Source of the DNA: Oligoflexales bacterium
GTDB taxonomy: Bacteria; Bdellovibrionota_B; Oligoflexia; Oligoflexales; JAPPIL01
NCBI GenBank assembly: GCA_965215515.1
Contig: OZ244057.1
Coordinates: 1,056,001-1,120,000, forward strand
DNA length: 64,000 bases
Direction of reading: 5' to 3'
Within the stretch, counting starts at the first letter, position 1. Each line of letters starts with the position of its first letter. Positions 39,987 to 50,716 of this stretch are shown in pieces. Under the pieces are notes generated by a model, which was not told where the DNA came from, searched no databases, and was given only the letters and a program-made list of their open reading frames with translations. A program made the translations under genes and the position numbers.

Positions 39987-42900
39987 CTAGTCCTCTCTGT
40001 TTTCCGTCTCCTCTTCCTTTTCTTCTTCGTCAGCCGCAGCTCCCCCCATCTTCTCGCGCACAAACCGCTCAGCCCAGCGCACATGGTCTTTGCTGAGCAG
40101 TAACCAGACCAGTCCGTAGATAGCTAACCCTTTGCCCGCCCAGGGAGCGATGGCTCTGAGGGTGCTTACCTCGTAGGTCTTGCGGTGAAAATTGGAAGCC
40201 ATCAAAGTGGTCGCAATGCCTAGCCCGAGCAACGTCACAGGTTTGATGAAACTGTTCAGCTTATTGGAAAACGGTGGATTGAGCATGGCAAAATGCAGAA
40301 GATGCTCCGCCTCCTCTGCGCTGACGGTGTAATGCTCGCCGCGGGCAACAAGTTCAGCTAAACGACGATAGCTCGCTCTCTGTGCCACGCGATCGTCGTT
40401 GTTCGCCATCTGTGCGACAATTCCCAGATAGGGAATCAGTGCTGCCGCGGGGAGACGATCCCCTTCATGTATGTGCAACTCCGCTTCGATCTTCGCTACG
40501 GTCTCGACGAGAGCTGCGGGTGTCTCCTCGACCACATCACGATAGATCGCGATCAAGGCATCATAGCCCGCTTGTAATCCCGCGGCATCGTTCTGCACGA
40601 GTGCCCTTTTCAACTGCACCTTGGCTTGCATGAGCATATCGTTGCGGCTTCCGTGTTTTGCTTCGCGCAGATGCTCGGCGGAATAGAGGGCTGTCCACGG
40701 CCACCCGAACGCCCACATTGCCCAAGTGAAGTAAAAAATCCACTGGTAGAAGGCAGCTTTGGTTTTGACCTTGACCAGCAAGCGGCGTGCGAGCATGTTG
40801 TAGGCAAAACCAGCCTGCATCATCACTACCACCACCCGCAATGTATCCATGTATCTGCGTCCGTAATCGACGTTTCTGAGGTCGATGGCGTTCGCCCCCA
40901 AATCAGCAACACTGCCGAAGAAGGACTCGTGGCTATCCTGGCCCGCGACCAATAGCTCTTCCAGCGGTCGATAGTTGCTTTCTTCGATTCTCTGCAACAT
41001 CTGAAAGACCAGGGAGGTTGATCCTTGTGCCGAAACACTATAAGCGTGGATCTGACTTGCCAGCACCTCCGTATGCTGTCGATGCCAGTAGGGTGGTCGT
41101 TTTCCAGACATAAACAACTGGCCGATGTCTTCAGCATTGCCGCCCGCTTTCGTCCTAGCTCCGATTGTCCCTTCGATAAACACAACGGTAAGAAAGTCAG
41201 TCCAGAATTGATGCCACACCATCGAAGAAACAAAATCATCGGGGTCGACTACCTGCAGGAAGGTTGTTTCGTCGACGGCCAGGTTAGCGACCCCTTTGCC
41301 CAGCTGAGCTACCGCGTTTTTCGCTCCCAACTGTACCCGACGCGCAATATTTTCGTGATACGCGAGGGTGAAGACCTGTGGGGTGGTTTTTTGTAAATAA
41401 TGGTAAACTCGTGTGCGACTAACAGTGCGCAAGTCGGAGAAGATACCGCGGCGATACAGTTGGTAGACTTCCTCCTCCAAACCGACTGCCAGTTTCTTCC
41501 ATTTGTCCTTAAACTGCGAGCTGTCTATGATGGCGGTGAGCTCCTGCATGTCGAGCCGCGGCGTGTTGTGCAGGTGCTGGCCAACGATGTGCGCAGCCAT
41601 TTCCCAGCCAAGTCCTTGTGCCCTGACACGCTGCTGTTGCATGGCCGCGATCGCTTTGCGACGGACGGCCTCACTGTCCGCCTCGCTGTCGAAAGGGTCG
41701 CGAAAACCGACGGTAATGTTCTCAGCCGCGGACAGACCAACACTCTTGCCGACCGCGGAATCACCGTTCACGGTAGCAAACGGCGACACCTGTGCCGCTA
41801 ACGCGGGGATCAAGGTTGTCTGCCCTGTCCAGTTGGCAAGGTGGTGCCACAGAGGGAGTGCGACGAAAGCGTAGGCTCTGATTCCCATCAGGGTGAGTTG
41901 CTTTTTGAAGTCCCAGTCCTGTCCCGTTGCGCGGGTCGCAAGGTGCGAGATCATTCCTACCACAGGGATAAGTGCCACGCCCGCGGCCATGGCAATGACG
42001 GCACGTTTGCGTGCCCCTACCCTGATTCTGTCGTAGAGCTTCCTGGCCGTACCGTTTAGGTCGTCACGGACGGGCAAATCCTTTTCACGCAGAAACAAGG
42101 GAGTTTTTTCTTTCAACAATTGTGGCAGCGTCATACCAGTCTTTAGCATCCAAGCCGCACCGCCCGCAGCCACGAGAGTGGATAGACCCAGCAGGTTAGC
42201 CGCCAACCTCTGTAAATCACCGCTCTGTAAGTACTCATACCTAAATTTTTCTACCTTCGATCGCCAAGGAGATACAACCTGCCCGTTCAGGTCTACTTCG
42301 GCCACCAACTGTGGTTCGTGCCACAAACGTTCGTAGTCGTTTTCTCGCAGAATTTTTTCCAGTTCCGCAATCTGGCTGGACGCGGCCGCGGTATCGAGCG
42401 TCTTCAAAGCCGCAATTTTGTTGATGACCAGCTGGCGCATATCCTTCGTATAAAGTTTGCTGAGCATAATCCAGACATCGCTCAAGTCACCTTTGCGCAG
42501 TCCTTCTTTGAGTTGCTCAAGTTTATTCTGTGCCGTAACATCTTTGAAAATAATTTTATATTTGGCATTGACGCTCTTTTCTAAACCCTTGATGGTGTTC
42601 TCCGCCTGCATTTTGAGCAACAGATAGTCACGTTGCCAGCTGGCGTAGGTAAACTCATCACGATAGTTATTCGTGCGAATATCGTTGAGAATCATGCGCT
42701 GCATGCGTTCGGCGTTCATGCTTTGTATCACCCGCGCGGTCTCCGCCGACACGCTCTGGCGGTAGGCAGCTAATTTTTCCGCATCGAGTTGCTGTCCTTG
42801 CTTTTGTTCAGCCGCTACCGCGCCACCTAGAGGTGGCGGTTTATCGCTGCGCAGAGCATAGGCAAGACTACCCAGCAAGTGATTGCCGTTATTAATTTCG

Positions 42901-43694
42901 GTGACAACAAAATCACGGGTCAACATATCTATTAATACGCGCCGTGTGTCCTTCTTCTGCCACAGCACAATATCTCCCGCGGTAAACCGACGCGGGTCTG
43001 CAACAGGATGCAATCCGCCCTCCTCATCCGCAACGTGAGTGAAAGGGCGGAAACCGCGGGTAACGAAGTTCAACTGCAAACCAGCCAGGTGTGCGGGAAT
43101 GACAGAAGCTGACAGGCGATGTACAGGCACGGGGGCTTTGAATAACTCGCGACGTGCGAACGATAAATCAACCGCATAGATGTTGCTCTCGACATCTATC
43201 ACCACCAACAACTCAGCATCGTAGGCGATGACGGCGGGCTTAATACTCTCTATGACATGTGTCCCACGCTTGTAGCGGAAAGCGAGTGCACCATCTGTTG
43301 TAGTAAAAATTTCCACTTTGTTGGGCTGCGGAATAATTCTAGGTAACCCGCCGCTGATACCCGCTAAATGATAGCGATCAACTCGGTCACCACCCTTAGC
43401 CGTCACCAACAGATACTGTTGAGTGAGGTGAAAAGGATCGGGAATATCCTGCGGACGGTCGTGCTCATCCGCCTGCTCCAACTCGCTGGCTAACTCCTCC
43501 AACTCCGCGAAAGACTGCTGTAGTCGCGGGTCGTCGGCCACCACCGCCCGCATGTCTGGCAGTATCGGGGTCAACGCCTGCTGACGAGGAAACTCCCGCG
43601 CTGCCGTCGCACCGAAAAGATGAAGAGGAAACGCCAGCTGCACCGCAACTGACACAACCAAAATATTACGGGGGAAAAACTTGGAGGCCAACAT
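39987..43694 (-). CDS. Large exported, multi-TM hypothetical protein (1235 aa)
   Basis: Long ORF with a signal peptide, a ~490-aa soluble N-terminal part, several hydrophobic segments and an acidic tail. Confidence 0.8.
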   Translation of the reverse strand: MLASKFFPRNILVVSVAVQLAFPLHLFGATAAREFPRQQALTPILPDMRAVVADDPRLQQSFAELEELASELEQADEHDRPQDIPDPFHLTQQYLLVTAKGGDRVDRYHLAGISGGLPRIIPQPNKVEIFTTTDGALAFRYKRGTHVIESIKPAVIAYDAELLVVIDVESNIYAVDLSFARRELFKAPVPVHRLSASVIPAHLAGLQLNFVTRGFRPFTHVADEEGGLHPVADPRRFTAGDIVLWQKKDTRRVLIDMLTRDFVVTEINNGNHLLGSLAYALRSDKPPPLGGAVAAEQKQGQQLDAEKLAAYRQSVSAETARVIQSMNAERMQRMILNDIRTNNYRDEFTYASWQRDYLLLKMQAENTIKGLEKSVNAKYKIIFKDVTAQNKLEQLKEGLRKGDLSDVWIMLSKLYTKDMRQLVINKIAALKTLDTAAASSQIAELEKILRENDYERLWHEPQLVAEVDLNGQVVSPWRSKVEKFRYEYLQSGDLQRLAANLLGLSTLVAAGGAAWMLKTGMTLPQLLKEKTPLFLREKDLPVRDDLNGTARKLYDRIRVGARKRAVIAMAAGVALIPVVGMISHLATRATGQDWDFKKQLTLMGIRAYAFVALPLWHHLANWTGQTTLIPALAAQVSPFATVNGDSAVGKSVGLSAAENITVGFRDPFDSEADSEAVRRKAIAAMQQQRVRAQGLGWEMAAHIVGQHLHNTPRLDMQELTAIIDSSQFKDKWKKLAVGLEEEVYQLYRRGIFSDLRTVSRTRVYHYLQKTTPQVFTLAYHENIARRVQLGAKNAVAQLGKGVANLAVDETTFLQVVDPDDFVSSMVWHQFWTDFLTVVFIEGTIGARTKAGGNAEDIGQLFMSGKRPPYWHRQHTEVLASQIHAYSVSAQGSTSLVFQMLQRIEESNYRPLEELLVAGQDSHESFFGSVADLGANAIDLRNVDYGRRYMDTLRVVVVMMQAGFAYNMLARRLLVKVKTKAAFYQWIFYFTWAMWAFGWPWTALYSAEHLREAKHGSRNDMLMQAKVQLKRALVQNDAAGLQAGYDALIAIYRDVVEETPAALVETVAKIEAELHIHEGDRLPAAALIPYLGIVAQMANNDDRVAQRASYRRLAELVARGEHYTVSAEEAEHLLHFAMLNPPFSNKLNSFIKPVTLLGLGIATTLMASNFHRKTYEVSTLRAIAPWAGKGLAIYGLVWLLLSKDHVRWAERFVREKMGGAAADEEEKEEETENRED

Positions 43695-43924
43695 TCTAAA
43701 AACTCCATTAAACTCAAAAGTGCCTTATAACATTAAAACTTACATGGAGTAAACAATTTTATAACATTTTGTGCGCCTACAGCTGTAACGCACCATCACT
43801 ACACTATTTTTATGGGGTGCGGACGGTGTTGCATAACGACGTAGAACAACAAAAAAACACAACGCATGTGGTCTCGGCGTACTGTGTTCGTGTATACTAA
43901 TCGGTAGATAAGGAGGGGGATGCG

Positions 43925-44449
43925 ATGTTACGATGGTTGGTGTGGTCGTGGTTAGCGTTGTTCGTGTGGTCGGGGTGTGACTCTTCTCCGCGTGAGCGCG
44001 AGCAGACGGAACGCCCTGCGCTCAGTACGTTCGAGGCGCAACTGCGGCCTGACAGTAGTCACGGCGATGAACACGATGATGAGGAAGACTCGGAAGGGTG
44101 CGAAGAAAATGACGATAGCGGTGACGTGCCACCGTGCGATGCCGAGACGGCACTGGTGGCTTTCAGAGCGAACATCCAGCCGTCAATCGACAAGTCCTGC
44201 CACAAGTGCCACGCGTTCGCCGCGGGCGGGTTGACGATGCACAAGGAGGAAGATGATACCGTCGCGGGGCAAAACCGCGCCAACTTGAAGGCGAGTGCCG
44301 AGAGTGCGAGTGCCGCGCAGCTGTTTCTCAAGATCAGCGATCAGAGCAGTGCGGGACATGGTGGCGGTGATCAGTCCGATCCTGAAAAGGGCAACCTGAC
44401 GTTAGCGAAGATTGAAGCTTGGCTCGCGGCTGAGGTCGGCTGCGATTGA
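43925..44449 (+). CDS. Lipoprotein with a single c-type heme motif
   Basis: Lipobox WSGC, CHKCH (CxxCH), acidic/His linker, strong AAGGAGG RBS. Confidence 0.75.
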   Translation: MLRWLVWSWLALFVWSGCDSSPREREQTERPALSTFEAQLRPDSSHGDEHDDEEDSEGCEENDDSGDVPPCDAETALVAFRANIQPSIDKSCHKCHAFAAGGLTMHKEEDDTVAGQNRANLKASAESASAAQLFLKISDQSSAGHGGGDQSDPEKGNLTLAKIEAWLAAEVGCD

Positions 44450-44459
44450 TGAGGGTGCG

Positions 44460-45875
44460 GTGAGCAAAGTGCGGGTGCGAGTTGCGCCTTCTCCGACGGG
44501 TGACCCGCATGTCGGGTACGCTTTCACCGCACTGTTTAATTTTCTCTACGCGCGCAGCAGGGGCGGTGAGTTTATCTTTCGCCTTGAAGACACCGACCGT
44601 GCACGGTTGCGGCGGGGAAGTGCCACACACCTGCTGGAAAGCCTGCGTTGGTTGGGACTTGATTACGACGAAGGCCCTGACAAGGGGGGGGCACACGCTC
44701 CCTATCGCCAGTCGGAACGCTTGCCACTTTATCGCCGCAGTATTGAGACGTTGCTGCAGCGCGGGCGTGCCTACCGTTGTTTTTGTCCCCCTACACGTCT
44801 CGAGAATTTGCGTACTCGACAACGTCAGCAGCAACAAACCCCGCGTTACGACCGCCATTGCCGTGACCTAGCCCCTGAGCTTGGAGCTCACCAAATACGG
44901 AAGGGCATCCCGTCGGTGGTCAGACTGAAGATGCCTCTCGCGGGTGAAACGGTGTTTCACGATGAGTTGCGCGGGGCGATAAGTATCGCCAACGACCAAC
45001 TCGACGATGCCGTATTGCTAAAATCCGACGGTTACCCTGTCTATCATCTTGCCAGCGTCGTCGATGACCACGCCATGCAGATCAGCCACGTCATTCGTGC
45101 CGAAGAATGGCTATCTTCTACGCCGAAACACATCGTGCTCTACGAAGCACTAGGCTTCACGCCGCCGCGTTTCTTACATTTGCCTATTTTGCGTAACCGC
45201 GATCACTCTAAAATTTCTAAACGCAAAAACCCCGTCTCCCTGCGTTTGTTCGCCCAACTCGGTATCTTACCCGCAGCACTTGCCAACTACCTTGCTCTCA
45301 TCGGCGGCAGTATTGCCCACACAAGTGAAGTGTTCACACGCGCGACGATGATCGAAGCTTTCAACCCACAACGTCTTAACCTCGGTGGCCCCGTGTTCGA
45401 TATGCAAAAACTGCTGTGGTTCAACCAGCAGTATATGCAAAACCTCAGTGCCGACGAATTCGTGCAACACGTGCGAGAGGAGATGCTCAGCGAAGCTAAA
45501 CTACGCCGTATCTACCCGCTGCTACGCACCCGATTAGAGAATTTTGCCCAATTTTTTGCCAAAGCCGCGTTTTTTTTCGATGGGGAGCAGAACTACCGAC
45601 AGCAGTTGGATACTCTGCGCCCGCGTGCAGACCTACCCCAGGTGCTGACTGCCCTGTGTGAGCGACTGGAAAACCTTACCGCCTGGACACAGAGCGGCAT
45701 CAAGACACAGCTACAGGCAGTGCAGCAAGAAAGTGGTTGCAAGACTAAGGAGCTGTACCTACCGCTGCGCTTGTTGGTAACGGGCAGCACGAGTTCGCCC
45801 GAACTCCTGCCCGTACTCGAACTGCTCGGTCGCGAACTGGTCACCTACCGTCTGAGGTGCTTCCTTAACCGCTAG
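44460..45875 (+). CDS. gltX: Glutamate--tRNA ligase
   Basis: RVAPSPTGDPHVG, RLEDTD, AYRCFC, YHLASVVDD, KISKR. Confidence 0.96.
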   Translation: MSKVRVRVAPSPTGDPHVGYAFTALFNFLYARSRGGEFIFRLEDTDRARLRRGSATHLLESLRWLGLDYDEGPDKGGAHAPYRQSERLPLYRRSIETLLQRGRAYRCFCPPTRLENLRTRQRQQQQTPRYDRHCRDLAPELGAHQIRKGIPSVVRLKMPLAGETVFHDELRGAISIANDQLDDAVLLKSDGYPVYHLASVVDDHAMQISHVIRAEEWLSSTPKHIVLYEALGFTPPRFLHLPILRNRDHSKISKRKNPVSLRLFAQLGILPAALANYLALIGGSIAHTSEVFTRATMIEAFNPQRLNLGGPVFDMQKLLWFNQQYMQNLSADEFVQHVREEMLSEAKLRRIYPLLRTRLENFAQFFAKAAFFFDGEQNYRQQLDTLRPRADLPQVLTALCERLENLTAWTQSGIKTQLQAVQQESGCKTKELYLPLRLLVTGSTSSPELLPVLELLGRELVTYRLRCFLNR

Positions 45876-46007
45876 CTGCGCTTGCTCACACCACTTACAA
45901 TGTTCTCGCACCTGCGCACATTTTTTTGTGCGCGCGGCTTTTGTTTTTTGCTGGATGGTGGTAGAGTTACACCAGCGTTATCGGATTACCATGAAGGGGA
46001 AGAGCGG

Positions 46008-46982
46008 GTGAGGATAGTCACAGCCGCCGTGCTGCTGGTGGTGCTGCAGAGCAACTGCGAGGAAAAAGACGGCAAGAAACAACCGCTCGCCAAGGCTGCG
46101 ACAAGCGCACAGGACGTGTCCAGCTACACGCTGAAACTTGACGGTATCGGTGCGGACATCGCGGCGGGGACACCCATCGTCGCCCACGTGCAGATAAAAA
46201 AAGACGGCAACGTGCTGCGCGGGGGGAAAGTCGAAGTTACCTTGGGAATCACCTGTGGCAAGAAGAGACACCGCATGCAGCAGATGGTAGACAACGAAGG
46301 AAAGATAACCTTCGCCGCGCTTGTCCCCGATAACAGTTGGATAGGTGACTGCCTTGCCCTCGCGAGCGCACGGGCGGACGGCCAAGACCTGAGAGACAGC
46401 AAACCCTTCGTCGTCAGCAGTGCGAAGTTACCGCCACTCGTCGCTGGGTTGGAGTACGCAGTAAGCGCATTACGGGACGAAAATGGCGATGTCTACAACG
46501 GCTTTCTGTCGTTGCACAACTGCCAGGGGGGGCGACTGTTGGCCATCACCAACGATAGCAACGATCCGATCTTCGCAGGTAGTAGCGATGGAGTCGCGAT
46601 CAACAGTAAAAAAACCTGGCAATATGTCATCGTAGGTGCTCCACCCACAACCTGTCAACTCATGCTGGCTAGCTCCGCAGGCGGAACGAGACACGAAATC
46701 AGAGACATCACTTCACCGCCCGCCGCGGACAACGTGGCATACGGCAAGGTCACCGCCCTGCAGGAGAAAAAGACTAAACTGGTAATAGTCACCGCGCAGG
46801 TCAAGGATGGCAGTCTCTACGTTTACGATACGACAAAAGATATCTGGCAAAGCGTCACCGCGGTAAAATGGGGTGACAAGACATCCACCGACATCAGCTG
46901 GACAGCGCGCCGCAACGATAACCGTGCCCTGCTCAAAATCGCACAGGGGAGCAAGAACTGGTGGTATCTCGCCACGCAATAA
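46008..46982 (+). CDS. Beta-rich (Ig-like?) hypothetical lipoprotein
   Basis: VLLVVLQSNC lipobox-like, Cys pairs, beta-strand-rich composition. Start uncertain. Confidence 0.65.
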   Translation: MRIVTAAVLLVVLQSNCEEKDGKKQPLAKAATSAQDVSSYTLKLDGIGADIAAGTPIVAHVQIKKDGNVLRGGKVEVTLGITCGKKRHRMQQMVDNEGKITFAALVPDNSWIGDCLALASARADGQDLRDSKPFVVSSAKLPPLVAGLEYAVSALRDENGDVYNGFLSLHNCQGGRLLAITNDSNDPIFAGSSDGVAINSKKTWQYVIVGAPPTTCQLMLASSAGGTRHEIRDITSPPAADNVAYGKVTALQEKKTKLVIVTAQVKDGSLYVYDTTKDIWQSVTAVKWGDKTSTDISWTARRNDNRALLKIAQGSKNWWYLATQ

Positions 46983-47083
46983 CCGTACCCTCCCGCCAGC
47001 CATGACGATCGGGAATAAGTAACGGTTGCAGCGAAAACGAAAAGCAGGTAGATTGCGGGTACTGCTAACGTCGGTATCAGACA

Positions 47084-48616
47084 GTGCACACGCTCTCCCT
47101 GCTACATCTCGGTAGAACTGCTGAGGATTGCGTCCGTGTCGCCGCGGCTCTGCAAGATGGGGCAAGGGGCTATCGGGTGCAGACCACCAGCGGTAGTGAG
47201 ATAAATTGGCTACAGTGCTCCCTGCGCACCGCGATTCCCGACCTCGTTTTGCTGGACATCGCCGACGATGCGTCGCCTGCACAACTTCTCCTGAACATCA
47301 CGCGTAACTATCCGCAGGTGGTGTTGGTCGTGCGTGCCAGTCACGACGACCCGCAGCTGATCACCACCTGCTTACGAAGTGGCGCGGATGATTTTCTGTC
47401 GCGCAGTTGTGCCGCGGCAGAAATCGGGAAACGGCTAGTGCATGTCTGGCTCTGTCGCCGCGCCGCCACCGCACGCAGTTTTCCCTACGCAGTCGGTGCG
47501 ACGATGCAGACGGTTGCCGCCCAGCTGCTGAAGGTGCTGCACTCCGCCGTCGCCGCAGTGCATGTCCAGGGTGAGTCAGGCACGGGGAAGGAGGTCGTTG
47601 CCAGCATCGTGCGTGACATCATCGCCCCGCGCCCGTTGGTGACGATTAACTGCGCTGCTATCCCCCCCGCTTTGATCGGCAGCGAACTGTTCGGCCATCG
47701 TAAAGGCTCGTTTACAGGAGCGATACGAGACCACCGCGGTTACGTGGAACAGGCTAACGGTGGCTGGCTGTTCCTCGACGAAATCGCGAGCCTCGAACTC
47801 AGTACCCAAGCAGCGCTGCTGCGGGTGCTGGAAAATCACGAGGTCGTGCGCGTGGGTGAAACGAAACCGCGGCGAGTCGATATCGGTATTCTTTCCGCCA
47901 GCAACGTACCGATCACCAGCCTCGTGCATGCAGGTAAATTCCGCCTCGATCTCTGGCAACGTTTATGCGAGATGGAGATAGAACTGCCACCGCTGCGGGC
48001 GCGGCGCGGTGAAATTACCCCGTTGATAAACTACTTCCTGCACACCATGCGAGGCGGTCCTTGGCGCATCGCCCCCGAGGCACTACAGGTGTTGGCGGCT
48101 TACGGCTGGTGCGCAGGGAACGTGCGGCAACTCCGCAACTGCTTGCGGACGATGACCATCTCCCCGCAGGATGGCACACTTACTCCCGCATCTATCCCCG
48201 CACGCATTTGGGCACAACCACAGAGAACGACCATCACCGACCAGGAGCTGGCTATCGAGCTGCGCAACGCCTTTCGTGGTCGTTTCAACGTCACTTACGA
48301 GATGTTAAGCCACATGTTGTTGCTGGAGTGTGTCAAAGAAAACTTCCATTACCGCGGCCGCTGCGGAGTGAGGGAGTTTGCCGTAAACTTCAACATCCCT
48401 CCCAGCACAGCCTCACGTCGCTTGCGGCTGCTGGTGGAACAACACCTGATCAGTTACACAGAGCTGGCGGAACTGATCGCGATAGACACTCCGATCACGA
48501 AAAATGCTGTTACCCAATGTCACAACTACCGCAGTGAAAAAACAGCACCTGCCGATCCGCACGTAAGCGCGTATGGAGATGGCGGCATTGTTGTTGCTAA
48601 GCCACCCTGGGTATGA
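47084..48616 (+). CDS. Sigma54-dependent response regulator (REC-AAA+-HTH)
   Basis: DLVLLD, GADDFL, GESGTGKE, SELFGH.KGSFTGA, LFLDEI, FRLDL, GNVRQLRN. Confidence 0.9.
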   Translation: MHTLSLLHLGRTAEDCVRVAAALQDGARGYRVQTTSGSEINWLQCSLRTAIPDLVLLDIADDASPAQLLLNITRNYPQVVLVVRASHDDPQLITTCLRSGADDFLSRSCAAAEIGKRLVHVWLCRRAATARSFPYAVGATMQTVAAQLLKVLHSAVAAVHVQGESGTGKEVVASIVRDIIAPRPLVTINCAAIPPALIGSELFGHRKGSFTGAIRDHRGYVEQANGGWLFLDEIASLELSTQAALLRVLENHEVVRVGETKPRRVDIGILSASNVPITSLVHAGKFRLDLWQRLCEMEIELPPLRARRGEITPLINYFLHTMRGGPWRIAPEALQVLAAYGWCAGNVRQLRNCLRTMTISPQDGTLTPASIPARIWAQPQRTTITDQELAIELRNAFRGRFNVTYEMLSHMLLLECVKENFHYRGRCGVREFAVNFNIPPSTASRRLRLLVEQHLISYTELAELIAIDTPITKNAVTQCHNYRSEKTAPADPHVSAYGDGGIVVAKPPWV

Positions 48617-48691
48617 TAACGGTGCCGCCATAGTCGGCAGTTGCAATACGGATCGGGTGCTGTGCATGAACACGCTGGCCGCGGCGAAAAC

Positions 48692-49663
48692 TTGAAGCAG
48701 TTTATTCTCAGGGTCAAGGATTTGCAGAAGCATTTTCCTATCAAGGGCGGTCTGTTCAACCGTCAGGTAGGGGTGATTCGCGCCGTCGATGGTGTATCTT
48801 TTGATCTCGAGAAGAGCAAAACGCTCGGTATCGTCGGTGAATCGGGCTGTGGCAAGTCGACGCTGGCACGGCTTATCAACCGCCTCAGCGAGCCGACAGG
48901 GGGTGAAGTCCATTTCCGTGACGATGATATCTTGACCTGGCGAGGAAGGGCGCTGCGGCGGTTTCGCCGCAAGATTCAGGTCGTCTTCCAAGATCCCTAT
49001 GCCTCGCTTAACCCGCGCTTTTCGATGTTCGACATTATCGAAGAACCGCTGCGGATCAACAAGATCGGCACCAAACGGACACGGCGCGAGCAGGTACGGG
49101 AGCTGATCGAGAAAAGTGGCTTGGCTTGGGATTATCGCCATCGCTATCCGCACGAATTTTCTGGCGGGCAGCGTCAGCGGATCGGCATTGCCCGTGCCTT
49201 GGCCTTGCGTCCAGAAATTCTCATCTGCGATGAACCCGTATCGGCTCTCGATGTTTCGGTGCAGGCGCAGATATTGAACCTGCTGATGGACTTGCAGGAT
49301 GAGTTCAAGTTGACCGTGCTGTTCATTTCACACGATCTGTCGGTGGTCAGTAAAGTCAGCGATCAGGTGATTGTGTTGTATTTTGGCAAAATTGTCGAAA
49401 TAGCACCCTGTTCTCGTATTTTTAAAAAACAACTGCACCCTTATGCCCGAGCACTGTTTGCCGCGATCCCCAAAGCCAGCCCCCACGAGCGGAAAGAACG
49501 CACTTTGTTGAGTGTCGAGCCGCCTTCACACCGTAATTTCCCTTCAGGTTGTCGTTTCCATCCGCGCTGTCCGCACGCGATGGACATCTGCAAAAAAACC
49601 GAGCCACCGCTGAAAAACAGCGGCGAGGATGATGCTCACCGTGTTGCTTGCCATTTATTTTGA
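48692..49663 (+). CDS. oppF: Oligopeptide/dipeptide ABC transporter ATPase
   Basis: [38 protein letters not shown]...VACH. Confidence 0.92.
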   Translation: MKQFILRVKDLQKHFPIKGGLFNRQVGVIRAVDGVSFDLEKSKTLGIVGESGCGKSTLARLINRLSEPTGGEVHFRDDDILTWRGRALRRFRRKIQVVFQDPYASLNPRFSMFDIIEEPLRINKIGTKRTRREQVRELIEKSGLAWDYRHRYPHEFSGGQRQRIGIARALALRPEILICDEPVSALDVSVQAQILNLLMDLQDEFKLTVLFISHDLSVVSKVSDQVIVLYFGKIVEIAPCSRIFKKQLHPYARALFAAIPKASPHERKERTLLSVEPPSHRNFPSGCRFHPRCPHAMDICKKTEPPLKNSGEDDAHRVACHLF

Positions 49664-49675
49664 GGAGATGGTGGC

Positions 49676-50704
49676 ATGAATGCCTACTTTATCCGTCGTC
49701 TATTGTTAATGATCCCTACTCTGTGGGGTATCACGCTGGTGACGTTTTTTATCGTGCAAATTCTGCCAGGCGGCCCCGTTGAGCAGGCGTTATCGGCCTT
49801 GCGTTTTGGAGGAGGTGGCGAGATGGCAGAGGGCGGTGCGTCCGCGTCGGCGGCGCGGATTGAAGAAGAGTATGTCGAGGCACTCAAGAAACACTATGGC
49901 TTCGATAAACCGCTACCTGTGCGCTATTACAATTGGCTGAAAGACCTGTTGGTGCTTGATTTTGGTGAGTCCTATTACTACGAAGAGCCTGTCATCGATG
50001 TCATCGCAGCGCGTTTTCCGGTCTCGATTATTTTCGGGATCGCTTCGCTGCTGATCACGTATTTGATTTGCGTACCGCTCGGTATTATCAAGGCACTGCG
50101 CCATCAGCAGTTTTTTGATTATGCATCGTCGGTGGTGATTTTCGCGGGCTACGCAATCCCTGGCTTTGCCTTGTTGATTCTGCTTATCGTGTTGTTCTGT
50201 GGTGGCAGTTACTACGACATATTTCCTATGCAGGGGTTGACTTCGGAGAATTTTTCCGAGTTGTCTTTCTTGGGCAAGGTTAAAGATCTGTTCATGCACA
50301 TGTTATTGCCGTTGACGGCTTACGTGGTGGGCATGTTTGCCTTCACTACAATGCTGATGAAGAATTCGTTGGTCGAGCAGATCACTGCCGATTATGTGCG
50401 CACCGCTTATGCAAAGGGGTTATCGGGACGGGTGGTGATCGTCAAGCATGCGTTGCGCAACGCTTTGATCCCTATCGCGACGGGTTTTAGCGAATTTGTG
50501 TCGTTTTTTTTCGCAGGCTCGATTTTGATCGAAAAAATCTCTGGTCTGGATGGTTTCGGTGCCCTCGGTTATGAGTCGTTGCTCAATCGTGATTACCCCG
50601 TCGCACTGGGCATTATCGTGATTACCAGCGTCACCATCATGGTGGGCAACATCCTCTCTGATTTTGCCTACACGGTCATCGATCCGCGCATTGATTTTAA
50701 ATAG
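49676..50704 (+). CDS. yejB: Peptide ABC permease (YejB/OppB-like)
   Basis: RRLLLMIPTLWG, PGGPVE, YVRTAYAKGL, DPRIDF. Confidence 0.88.
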   Translation: MNAYFIRRLLLMIPTLWGITLVTFFIVQILPGGPVEQALSALRFGGGGEMAEGGASASAARIEEEYVEALKKHYGFDKPLPVRYYNWLKDLLVLDFGESYYYEEPVIDVIAARFPVSIIFGIASLLITYLICVPLGIIKALRHQQFFDYASSVVIFAGYAIPGFALLILLIVLFCGGSYYDIFPMQGLTSENFSELSFLGKVKDLFMHMLLPLTAYVVGMFAFTTMLMKNSLVEQITADYVRTAYAKGLSGRVVIVKHALRNALIPIATGFSEFVSFFFAGSILIEKISGLDGFGALGYESLLNRDYPVALGIIVITSVTIMVGNILSDFAYTVIDPRIDFK

Positions 50705-50716
50705 AGGTGATAAACA

